From Hyphochytrium catenoides (lineage: Eukaryota; Protista; Hyphochytriomycota): a stretch of DNA of 64,000 nucleotides. Made by a program: the position numbers and the translations under genes. This document shows, piece by piece, positions 38,730 to 50,845 of the stretch. How positions within the stretch are numbered: the first letter of the stretch is position 1; every line of letters starts with the position of its first letter. The notes below the pieces were generated by a model. The model was not told the origin of the DNA. It saw only the letters and a list, made by a program, of their open reading frames with translations, and did not search any database. Location of the stretch: assembly GCA_900088475.1 (NCBI GenBank), contig FLMG01003675.1:1-64000 (forward strand). The letters run 5' to 3'.

Positions 38730-39710
38730 CTACGAAGCCGGTGTCGTCGAGGGGGTAAGGATGCCCCAGTAGGAGTCTATGGTTGAATGCCCACAGCTGG
38801 TCCGACCAAGGTAATGAAGCTTCCTTCGTAAGGGGACAAAAAGTAGTGCGAACACCATGTGGAATAGAACGAAGCCGATGAAGGCTAGTAACGCCACGAT
38901 CGCACTCTTAGCATCCGCCATCGAGAGAACCTTGTAGCAAGCGTCATGTCCCGTATGGACCCAAAGCGCTTGAGATATTATCCATGCCGCTGGATAGATA
39001 ACGGTGATAGCTACATGCCTAGCCATCACGGGCAACCCTGCAATCCAGAACTCAACGAACAGCGCAACGAAGGCGAGCGCGTGAACAGCAATGCAACCGA
39101 AGCCACAGGAACCGTCGTACACTAAAGCCCAGTACAAGCCAGTAATAGCAAGTTCAAGAATGAGGGCCGTCTCAAAGACAATCATCTGAACGTAGGAAAG
39201 AGCGGACCACGCTTCCGGCCTTCTCTCCTCACGCTGCGTTGCAAACACGAAGCGGAGAGAGTTGGCAGCCCCGATCACAAAGTAAGTAGTAGTAATTGCG
39301 GCTCCCCAATGGGTTAGGTAAACAGGCGCTGGGATGTAAGACCAGTCAGTCTCACTCCATTGCCAGCAGATGCCCACTGAGAAAAAGAATATGGCACAAA
39401 GAACTCTCCATATCAAGGTTGGTACCACTCCTAGAATCGTAGTTCTCAGCAACACGCTGTTGCCCTCAAACGTCTCTGGTTTGCCAATAAAGCTAAGGCA
39501 AGCATGGGGCTTCTTGTCAAGACCAGTTTCGACCGGGACCTCAGGCTGACCCGAAATCTCTACTGCTGGCTCAGCTTCATATTCTGCCTTGTTCTTGTCG
39601 ATGTGAGCTGGAAATGGCTCCACGTTGATTCTGATCTCTTGGTCTAGGCGGCCTAACTGTGAGGTAGAGCGTTGTCCAGCGCCATCCGGCGCTGAGTCTG
39701 CAGAAGCCAT
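38730..39710 (-). CDS. Multi-pass membrane protein, rolling-stone / FAR-17a-AIG1-like (intronless)
   Basis: About 6 hydrophobic helices with YLTHW, ITGLYWAL, VHAL..V.L.VE and a Y..L motif typical of this superfamily. Confidence 0.65.
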   Translation of the reverse strand: MASADSAPDGAGQRSTSQLGRLDQEIRINVEPFPAHIDKNKAEYEAEPAVEISGQPEVPVETGLDKKPHACLSFIGKPETFEGNSVLLRTTILGVVPTLIWRVLCAIFFFSVGICWQWSETDWSYIPAPVYLTHWGAAITTTYFVIGAANSLRFVFATQREERRPEAWSALSYVQMIVFETALILELAITGLYWALVYDGSCGFGCIAVHALAFVALFVEFWIAGLPVMARHVAITVIYPAAWIISQALWVHTGHDACYKVLSMADAKSAIVALLAFIGFVLFHMVFALLFVPLRRKLHYLGRTSCGHSTIDSYWGILTPSTTPAS

Positions 39711-41063
39711 GCTGCGCCTGACGAGAACGATCACTAGCTTGTTTGTCGGCCGTCTTCTTTGTCCCAGACGAGCTGTAGAAGACTACTTCCCTTCTCAAGA
39801 AATGATCAACTAATCAAATAACGAGCCTTCGCAAGGTCAAGACTCCTCCATCGCCAGATGCATTCTTTATAAACAGTAAGAAGCAGAAGATGGCTGGTAG
39901 GAGCAGTCCTGCTCCCATACTATCAGAAGCTGAAGGGTGAGGGCGACCCACGAACAAGAAGCAGGAATGAACATACACACAGGAGACAAGAGTGCGCATC
40001 AATAATACCGCGGAAACTAGGCGACACTGACAGGGATGGAAGGGCAGCAAAGAGCGATAAAGAGCACGCATGGGGAGGGAAAACGGATGCGCGCATCCAG
40101 TAGTACATATACCAAGGGCAAGTATGGATGGCACCTGCACGCACCCAGCAGCAGAGAGAAGAAAGAAGATGAAGAGAGACAGAGGAGTGAGGGCAAGAGA
40201 GACAGATCCAGAGACAGCGCACGATGGGACCAAAAGAGGGAGAAAGGAACATGGGAAAGGAGGAACATTGATTATTATTATTAGAAGTTTCTATAGGGAA
40301 AGGCACCCACAATCCTAAAACACAGTAACCGACCAAACATGAAAGAATGGAAATAATTGGTTCCTTCGAAAGCTTGAAATATCACATTATTATCATGAAA
40401 CTTTATGAGGATTTCATGGTTCCAGTCCTATAACTTTCCATAGATGTAACCAAGCCTCTCGAAGGAAGACCACCACCCGAAGGCCAGGCTGCACTACTAG
40501 GAACTAAAGGACTGTCAATCTTAATTTTACAACGAAGACCAGAGCTGATGGTGGGCAAGATAGAAGATGCAGACGAGGTTCCCACGTCCAGACCTTTCCC
40601 TTCAGACCTTCCCTTCACTGATCGGTGATGCGCATCACACTGCCATTCTCCTGCACCAGACATTCTCTCCTTTGCCAGCCCTTGGATGTTGTCTCATGAT
40701 TTGACACAGAAGAGTTTAAACCTCTAAGCAATCTAGGGGGCCATTTAGTTCACAGTGTTCTCGGCCTGGGTAAGCTGGAGATTGTGATGTGAGCCAAAAC
40801 TCAAAAGCAAGGTGATACGTGGTGCTCCTTAACAGACCAAGCTCCAGGACATCTCTACTGATGAAGGGCTGCCAACACAAATAAAGGGAGTAGTAATACG
40901 TTACTTAGCCTATGAGCTGTCATCATTTTTTCTTCTTTGTTGTCTCGAGAGGGTGATGATATCTCTAGGTGGAGACATTTAGACGCGAACGCAAGAGTGC
41001 TACATTGTGTCTAGAGATGAGACGTAAGGATTTTATGCACTTGAAGAGAACGCAGAAAGAAGA

Positions 41064-42430
41064 TTATAAGGGTGTCTTTAAGCCTACGACGAGATGCACG
41101 CGATAGGTAGAAGAGTGCCGCGGGGGCTGCAAAGTAGGAAGATGTGAGTACATCATGTAGAACCCTGCTGAGCTTAATTTGAGGAGATCTCCCGCGTTCG
41201 TGGTTGGAGGCAAGAACCCAGACGGCTGCGTAGTCAATATCCTGCGTATCACCCTACAATACACTACGATGTCACTACAAGCTTTATCGCAGCCACCCAC
41301 TGTTCTGCTTTCATTCCGCTTATATCGTTTGCAGTCATTGGAAAGTGATGGCAGCACAGCAGTAGCTAGCGGTACCCTTGCAATGGGGACCCCTTGCAAG
41401 CGCACACTTAAATCTAGTCTTGCCTCGCTGAAGGACAGATCACACCTGGCATCCTTTTGCTGTTGTTGACATATGGCGCGCACCGCGGCAGGCAGCGGTA
41501 GTAGCTTGTGGTAGTAGCTCAACTACAGGATCAAATCGCGCGACAGTAGAAGATAAGAATGAGCTGCAGAGCAAGGGCTTTCTAAGGCGAGACTACAATG
41601 GCTGACATCGGCACTTGGTTTGCAATGAGAGGGTCCAGCTAAGGAAGAAGGTGGAGGAAGGCCCGTGCTTTTTGGAGAATAATAAAGGTCGGCGAGCATC
41701 AGCAGCTCGTCCAACACTTGTTACACTTCCACTGAAGTGTACCCACAGCAGGTATCTTCGTAGGCTTCCAGTCTCCTTCCTCTGCATGACGGACGGTAGT
41801 ATCTTCCTATCTAACCTTTGACAGCATAGGAAGTTGGCGACGGAAAAAAGTAATAAGGCAAGGAAGAAGAAGGAAGGAGTTTGATACATGTCGGTGCTAG
41901 TGGTGGTGATGATGGAGCTAGTAGATAGGTAGAGAGGAGGAGGGAGGAGGATGTGCTCTTGGCTCTTGAGGAGTCTGTCTCCTGTTCGTTCGACCGCGGC
42001 AATATTTCGGCCCATCCAGCCTCGCACCGGTCTCGGGATAGTCCCGGACCTTAATAACCTAATCCATATATTATACAGTTGCTCTATACCCGGGCCCTAC
42101 ACCTACTCGAGTCACCTTCTGCTTTCTCAGCTTGGTTCTCAGTCTTCTTTGGCGTTGATGTCTGGATTGCGCAAAGAGAGAAGCGTGTGATGCACAGGCT
42201 TGCGAGAGGTTGTTTACCCGTTCCTTCCAGCAAGCTCGTTTGCTGTCCTGTCTCCGCCCACAGCCAGCAGGGCTGTTAACGGGCGTCAGCCCAGCATCTG
42301 TTTCTTGCTTCAGCTTGCGAAGCTCCTTTTTGGCTGATCCGTCGTCAAGCTTCTCGTTCGTTGGTAGCTTCACGCCGGCGTGGGCATGGAGGCCGACCCT
42401 GATCTTCTTTGAACCTGTTGTTGCTGACAT
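41064..42430 (-). CDS. Possible multi-exon gene of unknown function
   Basis: Protein-like ORF MSATTGSKKIRVGLHAHAGVKLP... followed by several splice-bordered segments; no recognisable domain and no verified phase chain. Confidence 0.3.
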
Positions 42431-42647
42431 GCCTTTCTCCCTTGACTCTCGTGTGATCGTCGTCGCGTACCGCTGAAAGATCTCTGCGTTCGCTCGCTGC
42501 GGTGGTCTTTCCTTAACTTAGTACGGCATCGATTCTTGAAGCCGCGCTGGACGACCACTAGCTAGCATCCGGCTACCTCTTGCAAAGCAATTAGTCCAGC
42601 TCGAACATATCACTCATTGGGAACCTCGAACGAGAGGGAAACGTCCT

Positions 42648-43607
42648 ATGGCGGAGGAACAAGCTCTAGCAAAGACGGGTTCTCAACAGGGCCCGGAAAT
42701 GTCTCCTAAAGGAGAGCAGAGCCAGGATACGCAGAACGTGAAAGCGCCCCTCAAAGACAGGAGTACTTCTGCGGTGCTACCGCGGCGCACGACACTGGGT
42801 GCTACAGCTGCAACGAAGCTTCCAGAGTTTGATATGCCTCCTGATGTCGCAGCTAAGTACGATGCAGTCATAGCTGATGCAGTGAAGGTAGTCGGGCGCT
42901 TCATCTCTCCAAGGCTACTGAAGGACCAATCCATTCCGAGAGAGCTTCTTTTTGAAGCCAGTGGGTTGCTCTTTCTGACCGTTTACAAGCTGGGCTTTCT
43001 AGTTTCGGGCAAGGTGGGCAAGGGATTTGTTATAGCAAAGACTGCTGATGGCTGGTCACCTCCATCCTTTGTCGGTACCGCAGGGCTCGGTTTTGGTATG
43101 ATGGCAGGTGCCGAACGTGTAGATTACATGGTGATCCTGGGTTCTAGACAAGCTGTGAACGTCTTCACGCGTGATGGCCAGATCCAGTTGGGCTCTGAAC
43201 TTGATATTGCAGTCGGTCCGGTGGGCAGAGCAGCGTCAGCCAGTATCAATATCGGCTCCGGTGGAGTCGCTCCGAATTACTCTTACAGCCACTGCGTGGG
43301 ACTGTACGGCGGCATTGGACTCAGCGGCGCAGGAGTTATCACCCGGAAGGCGGTCAATCGACGATTTTACGGCCCATTCAGTTCGCAGACTCACATCCTT
43401 TCAGGTGCAGTCTCTGCCCCGCGCGTGAAACCACTTATTGACGCCTTGGACAACGCGATGGGGATCACACGAAATCCAGCGGCTGCTCCTGCAGGTAGCG
43501 CCTCGTCGGATCCTCTTTCTGTATACACTGTGACCGCATCTTCGGGGGCTGTGCGGTCGGGAGAGCTTGTTCTTGCTGAAGGTATGAGTTTTCACAGCTC
43601 GACATAG
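42648..43607 (+). CDS. SYLF / Ysc84 actin- and lipid-binding domain protein (SH3YL1-like, no SH3; intronless)
   Basis: SIPRELLFEASGLLFLTVYKLGFLVSGKVGKGFVIAK...WSPPS...GFGMMAGAE..DYMVIL...IAVGPVGR...YSYSHCVGLYGGIGLSG...NRRFYG. Confidence 0.92.
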   Translation: MAEEQALAKTGSQQGPEMSPKGEQSQDTQNVKAPLKDRSTSAVLPRRTTLGATAATKLPEFDMPPDVAAKYDAVIADAVKVVGRFISPRLLKDQSIPRELLFEASGLLFLTVYKLGFLVSGKVGKGFVIAKTADGWSPPSFVGTAGLGFGMMAGAERVDYMVILGSRQAVNVFTRDGQIQLGSELDIAVGPVGRAASASINIGSGGVAPNYSYSHCVGLYGGIGLSGAGVITRKAVNRRFYGPFSSQTHILSGAVSAPRVKPLIDALDNAMGITRNPAAAPAGSASSDPLSVYTVTASSGAVRSGELVLAEGMSFHSST

Positions 43608-43990
43608 CTTAACTTGTTTTATAAGATATAATGAATATGTTAATGCTATCTCTTTGAGTCTGAACCTGCGAACAACAAGCCCGTCAAGCTGCTGTTGACC
43701 CAAACGGGCGGGGTCCAAGTACCCGCATTGGTCCTCGGACGTTGTCTATCCTGTCCCCTTATCGACTTAATATAGCCAGCAGCCACAGAGGCAGGAAGTA
43801 TCCAGCTGCGTTCCTTGCCTCCCACAAGCTGTATTCGTTGTCAGCGAGCGTACTTCGCCTCTCACTTGGCGGTCCGCCCTCCTGTCGCTATCCCAATTGC
43901 GTTATCCTTGGAGCTCTAGACTATCCTTCTCCATACGCCAGCGCACCCTAATCAAAAACTGCATTGGCCAGATCCCCATTACGGTCCACT

Positions 43991-45482
43991 TCAGCCTCTG
44001 TCTCGATGGCCTCTATCTTGCGACCGTCTACGGCGAGAACGATCTCGACCTCGAGGGGATCGAGATGAACCTCGCCTCCTAGAATCTTCCGGTCTCTTAG
44101 GAGAGGGCGATCTGTGACGGCTCAAGCTCCTACTTCTCTCGGACCTTCGACCGCGCCTCCTGACAGGCGATCTGCTGCGTGATCTGCTCCGTGATCTCCT
44201 TCCGCCTACTCTCGGGTTGTCTGAGCTCCGGCTTCTGCTATCATGCCTTCTACGGTCAGGACTGCGGCTACTGCCGCGATCTCTGGCTTTCTTCTTGTCC
44301 TTCTTGGAGCTCGACTTCTTCTTCTTTTTCTTCTTGTCCGATTTCTTTCTTTTAGTCTCCTTCTCGTCATTATCAGCTTCGGAGTGCGAGAGGGCTCGAA
44401 CACGAGCCCCACTCTTCAGCATGGCAGCTTGTGGAAAGGAGCTGACTAATTGCGCGTCATCTTCCTTCTCCTTGTCAAAGGGATTCTCTCCGCGTGCTAA
44501 AGCTTCTCTAGCTTCCTCTACCTTCGACTTTCTTGGGATGTGCTCAGCCAGCTTTGGCGCGCTGTCGGAATAAGGTGTAAGGACGGTACGAAAGGAAGAG
44601 AGGCAACAAACCCACTGATTCCTATCAACTGACGGCCAAGTAGAGACGAGATAGACAGATAGGCCGGAAATTCTTTCCTAAACAATAGAGCTACCAACGA
44701 GGTCACTTACGGTGCAGCACCAAGTCCTTCTACTCTTTCCACATCCATCCGGTCCCTCTCAGTGGCACCTCGCTTGAGCAGCTCCTTCACCTCCGCAGGC
44801 TCGAGGGTGTTCTCCGCAGGCCGGTGCCTGCGAGGGCCCAGGTGCCTACGGCCATTGAACACCGCGTCAGGAGCACTAGGGAAAGAGCCGAACGGGAGAA
44901 GAGGCAAGGATGAAAGACTCACAGAGCTTCGTTGATAAGATCTTCCTCAGCTTTCTTGATGGCTTCAAGTTCAGCACTGATATTGGGCTTAGATAGTCCG
45001 GCTCCTCCTGCCTTTTCGTTCCCCTTTTTGGTGTACCAAAGCAAATCTTTTCCTAAAGAAAAGGGGGCCGGTGAGACGTGAGAGGCTCTCAGCAAGGCAA
45101 CAGGCGAAGAGATCCACGCTTACCTTTTTGCCATCGCCCGACCGGAGCTGCCTGCAAGGAGCCACGGTATAGAAATAAGAGCGAGATCAAACAGCTAGAA
45201 AAGAAGTCCGACAGAAGGAGCTTGAAAAAATTTTTAGAGACAATGCAAGAGATTCTCAGTTGTCGAATAGCGTAAATTTGGACCAAGACGCGATGGGGCT
45301 GACCATGGAATGGCCCAAGTAGTTCTCTCGGTACTTGTCCGCCTTGACATCCTCCCAGCTGAAGCCTAAGCAAGAGAGGTTTTAAGGAACCGCCAAGCCA
45401 CTAATAAGCTTCCTATGATGTACTTACGGTCTGCGCCACCGCGAGTCCCGCCGGAGCGGTACCCTGTGGGGCCGAAACTCAT
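43991..45482 (-). CDS. MMTAG2: MMTAG2/C1orf35-like protein with a K-rich and RS-rich C-terminus, multi-exon
   Basis: GTRGGADR|[20 protein letters not shown]|APVGRWQKG|KDLLWYTK is the MMTAG2 N-terminal signature. Confidence 0.88.
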
Positions 45483-46019
45483 GCCTCGTAGAAAAGGCGC
45501 AGCGATAAGCCGGTGGGGAAGTCTTCACTTGTAGCTGAGATTGACGAGACAACCCGAGCCCAATGAAGAGTTTGAGAAGGAGGCAGGTGCTGCTAGGTCT
45601 ATAACGGACCTGCTCACTGCTGAGCTCTCCTTACATTGTTGACCGATGACAGAGCCAATGATGGATGAAGTTGGAAGATCAGCAGCATCAATTTCAAGAA
45701 CCTTCAGCTGGCACCGTGACAGAGCAACCAGGCTATTCCCAATAATGTTTCCTATAAGGCCCTTAGTTCTTGATACAGTGCACAAGGACAAGCTATATTA
45801 CGGATGTTGTCGCGAATGGTGGCTGGAAGAGTTGTTGGGGATCTCAACCTGTGAAGCCGCTTCCTTTCACCTCTCACTCAGCCATCAGAGACTCATGATG
45901 CGACTCGCCTATCTTCCTCCAGGGCGGCTCACTGAAGAAGCCTTCAAGAGGCAATGACACATAAGTATTGGAGCTTATAGCTACGGCAGAGCTATAGCGG
46001 CTCATTAACCTGAGGAAGA

Positions 46020-49000
46020 ATGGCGGTGGATCTTCCAGACTGGTCAGTGAAGCTCTCACCGGAGTACGTGAATGTTGGGCTGGCGGTGGTGAAGGACAAT
46101 CAGAAAGTGGACTCTTTCTCTCTGTATGGGAAGCAAGTCTTTGTCTTTGGCAGGAATCCAGGTAAGACTTTGTACTCGAGCTACAGGGTTTAGGCAAATG
46201 AGGTTAATGTAGTTGCTCGTCAGCTGCGACGGACTTCACGCTTGAGCATCCGACCGTCTCAAGGTAAGTTAAGTAGGAGCAGAACCTCAAAAACTGCCTT
46301 CCCTAATGAAAAGCAATGCGACGTAAACGCCAGTGATGTTCCGTCGCCTTTGTATATCTCTAATCTCCCGGCTCTCTGACTCTTGTTGGGATCCGCGCCC
46401 CCGCGCCCGTCCCTACCACCCTACCTTCCTAACTAACCGTACCTCCCAACTCTGGTACCTCACAGGCTGCATGCGGCCATAACGTTCAACTCCGAGGGAG
46501 AGGTATTTATCTGTGACTTAAAGAGTGGCCATGGGACCTACATCAACGATAAAGAGGTAAACGCCTCATCCTCTGCTTCTGCTCGACGCTATATCGCCTC
46601 TATTCCCAATCTTCATTAATTCGTTTTGGGTTACCGCCCAGGTTAAGCCCAAGGAGTGGATAAAGATCGGTCCCAGAGACGTTATCCGCTTTGGACAGAG
46701 CACGCGCCGTTACTCTCTTCAGAACTACCAAGGACGTGGTCAATCAATGAAAGAAGGAATTCCTGACGGGAAGAACAGTGGCGACGACTACCTTGAGGAC
46801 CCAATCGGAGTCGAGCTAGAGGAACTTCACCTCCCTCTTTCCTTTGGAAAAGCAGCCAACAAAGCGGCAAGGAAGCAGACAGATATTCTCAAGGAACATC
46901 AAAGGAGCTCTACCGCTGCATCTCTCGAGCGTCAAGCAAGGGAGGCGGAGATTGCCAAAATGACAGCTTCAATGATGGGGCCTCCTCCTTCTAGACCACA
47001 GAAGGAAGAGAAACCAGTGGATAAGGTGGTAGCCAGTCGTGCCTACTCTTCCGTCGCATGGTGTCGCTCCTTATGATCACTCTTCCTTGACCGACCCGAG
47101 CAACATATGGCCTGTAACTCTTCAATTCGGACTGATCGGGTCAACCTGATTGATTGTATATCCGTTTCTTATATCTTCTCTTGCATTCGCAATTTCTTGG
47201 CACCAATGCCTCCGTTTGCCGCTCGTTTGCTATGTCACTAATGCAGCTTTGTTGAAGGCAGAAGACCAAGGGAAAGATAACGATGACGAGAGCGAGAGTG
47301 AAGAGGAAGACGGACCTGATGTGGGACCAGATCCAGCGGAAGCTACACCAGAGAGTGAAGCTAGAGAGGTGGGAGGTTCACCCCTTCGTCTTCTTCTGCT
47401 CAATCATCATTCATCCAGGCCTAAATGATTGTTGGTTACCCTTATCTACCTACTAGGGCATCATTCTCCCATCACTCTCCCGCAAGTAGAGATCGCCTTG
47501 CGTTATATTTTCGCTAGAAATCTGACCTCACCCCTCCTGTCCTCACTAGCTGGGTATACCAGTGTCGCATGAGTTGAAGCTCTCGGGACATAGGAAGGCA
47601 GTATCTACCATCGCTGTAGACCCAGCTGGCGCGCGAGTCTGCACAGGGTCACTTGACTACACCTTCAAGCTATGGGACTTTGCTGGGATGGATCGGTAAG
47701 TTTACTTAGCTAAGTGATGGAAAGACGGAGCTTCTTTGGTTCTTGAGGGGTACAATTGCCGGTGAATGAGGCATGTGCTGAGAGCCCATAATGTACTAGA
47801 TAATTTAAGACGTCTGCTGTCAATAGAGGTCCAAGGTCTTTTCGAGAAGGTGAAGTTGAAGAAGGACACGTTGTAGTATCATTGGACTACAGCCCCACAG
47901 GAGACCGGTAAGCCTTTCAAGAGGCACTGCGCCTCTCTGTAGACATTTTGAGCGATTGCTCTGCTCTGCAGTGGTCCCATCGCATCGGTTTCGCTCAGTC
48001 TAGTACTGTCGCTCTCCGTTCATCCCCATATCTAGGGCTGCCTCGTCACGCCTGAATGTTCGTCCGTATTAGGTTTATCGCCGCCACTGCCTCTTCACAA
48101 CCGAAGATTTTTGACCGGGAAGGAGCTTCGTTGCTTCAGTTTATCCGGGGAGATATTTATAAGGTGCGCGGAGAGAACTTGGACCTAATTCTTACCCTCA
48201 CTTCAATGCAGCGTGCTTTCTTCTTTCGTCCAATGTTTTTAACCGGCATTTTCTCTAATAAAATCTTATCAGATGGATATGGCAAACACGTCAGGACACA
48301 CAAAGAAGGTGACAGGTGCCTGCTGGCACCCTCACGAGAAGAACTTCACACTTACGTGCTCCGAAGATGGCAGTCTTCGAATCTGGGATTTGAATGGCAA
48401 ATGCTCGTTCTCAAAACTTATCAATAGACAGGTAGGGCTCCATATAACGGCAACGGAGTGAGGAAACGTAGTCGTCGACATTGCTATGCTATGAGCGGTT
48501 TGGGCTGGATATCCAGAATGATCTGGAAGCGGACGGACAATGTTCTTCACATAAATAGTGCGAAGGAAAGAGCCCACTTCTAAGTTCTGCACTCTTGTGT
48601 AGGTTATTAAGGCTCGGAGTAAACGTGGGACCCGAGTTGGCGTTACGAGCTGTAGTCTGACTAAGGATGGTCGCAGTATTGCTGGTATGGTACATTTCAT
48701 TCACCCCCCACCGTTGAGCTCTTAGCGATTGGGAGCAAGTAGGAGATGTGATTGCTAGGACTTGAGACAGAGGATGGATGGTCTTCTTAGTCTTAACAGC
48801 AAGATGGCTAAGTTTGCAATTATAGGCACCACTGCCGACGGACAGGTACAGGTGTGGGACATACGGGCGTCATACAGCCGACCCGGCCGCACCATTCCTG
48901 ACGCGCATGATGAGGGCAGCCACATCTCCTGCATAGTGTTCTCCCCAGATGGCTCCACTTTCGCTACTAGAGCAGGTGTGTGGCACTTACCTCTGATAGG

Positions 49001-50738
49001 TTCCCCACGCACCTGCCTTGTGTTGTTCTATTCCCTTGTCGTTACCTGCCATTTATCCGCTGGTAACATTGCGCTTCCCCTACGTCTATTGACAGATGAT
49101 GATATGTTGAAGCTGTGGGATATGCGAAATATGAAAAACTCTCTTAAAGTCCTCCCGGACGTCGCTTCGGTGCACGAGACGTCGAACTGTGCCTTTAGTC
49201 CAGATGGGACAGTCCTTGTGGCTGGCACTGCGGCGAAGAAGTAAGCCAAAGAGCACTTAATTACAGAGGACTTATGGCTCTGCTCTTAAGGGGGCAAATT
49301 TTTTTCCTCCACAAAGCTCTATACTTTGACGCCTGACTCCTGACACCATCTTATTCTTTCGCCAGAGGCCTCATCTACTCAATTTGCGCCTGCCCACTGC
49401 TCTAAGCCTTATTCTAACTTCCCACCGTGGTTGTTCCCTTTTATGCTCTTGTGTGGTGCAGAGGAAGTGGGCAATTTGGGATGCTCAAGTTTCACGACGT
49501 CTTGTCAGCTGAGACCTCCTCCCTCTACCACTTTGGCGTGACTCAAGAACAAAGCGTCATTAGTGTCTATTGGCACTCTAAGATCAAGCAGATCCTTGCC
49601 GGTGAGTTCCAGAAGATGGCGGGCAAGCACCCCACAGAAGAGAGGGAAAGGTGACAATGGGCAGAGAGTTGGACAGACAACAGAGTTCAACTTGATATAA
49701 GGAAAACAAAGAACTTTTGAAACCTTCTTAGAGGGAGATAGCTGAACTATATGGTGTTTGAGAAGCAACTAATCATCTACTGCACACAGGAACTTCGGGA
49801 GGGGTGACACACTGCTTCTATGACCCCCTAATCAGCAACAAGGGTGCGATGCTTAGTGCAGGAAGAATAAGCAGGCCCAAGACCGTCATGGACTGGGTAC
49901 CTGACATGCCGGGAAAGATTGTCAACCCCCATTCCTTGCCAATGTTCCGCGAGGGTCCAACAGGTACGACACGGACCTTGCTCTACTTTTGAAGATAAAG
50001 GAACTACAGCAATGGGATTTAAACTATCGTGGAGAAATGCTCGAAGTGAAGAAAGAATCAAAGTCCAAGAATAATGCGCGACGTTTGAGGAGCGAGGGCG
50101 TGAACGCGAGTAGCCTTCCATTACTGGCGGTTCCTGGCCATGCCATCTGAGAAGCAGATCACTGCACATCAGTTCAAACCCTTGACTTTTCTCTTATAGG
50201 TAAACGAAAGCGTGACAGTGAGCGTAAGGATCCAATTAAATCTCGGAAGCCAATGATGCCACCGACCGGGCCAGACGTGAGCGGTGGCAACTACACATTC
50301 ACATCTCAGTTCGCAGCAACGAAGCGGCGAAGCACGATTAGGTAGCCTCTCATCTCATGCAGTCTCAGCCTCTCTTTCTTTTTTGACATTGAAGATGCTC
50401 TATTCACCTGCGGGTGCTGAAACCCCAGGCTATAGTTATCAGATGTGCATCACATTTTACTGCTCTTCTGCTACCCCCACTCTTCATGATGTTCGTGTGG
50501 CACCCTTCAATGGCGAAAACCCAACTAATGGTTCTTCACGACCTGCAGAGAGGAAGATCCAAGAGAAGCGCTCCTGCGTCAAGCAGATAAAGCAGCGAAA
50601 GCCCCAGAATTTGTGGGGGTCGCGTACGCCGCATCAGCCCCACAAGGCAAAGTATCGAAGGCATACGCCATGCGGGAAATGACTCTAGAGCAGGAAGAAG
50701 AGGAGCTCAAGAAACATCAGGAAGAGTTATTAAAATAA
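46020..50738 (+). CDS. WDR70: FHA domain fused to a WDR70 (Gad1)-like WD40 protein, multi-exon
   Basis: FHA: VFVFGRNP|..TDFTLEHPTVSR|LHAAI..ICDLKSGHGTYIN|..GPRDVIRFGQSTRRY. This continues in the same exon into LPLSFGK and then WDR70 blocks: IPVSHELKLSGHRKAVSTIAVDPAGARVCTGSLDYTFKLWDFAGMD, FIRGDIY..DMANTSGH, IVNPHSLPMFRE, RKDPIKSRKP, EDPREALLR. Confidence 0.88.
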
Positions 50739-50845
50739 ATAAGAGTTCCTTGTAACTACCCCTGTCTCCTAGAATGAAAGGAAGCCCATCTCAGTTGTTC
50801 CCTGTCGTCTATGCCTGTCCCTCCGACTCTCCCCAGACGATGTCC

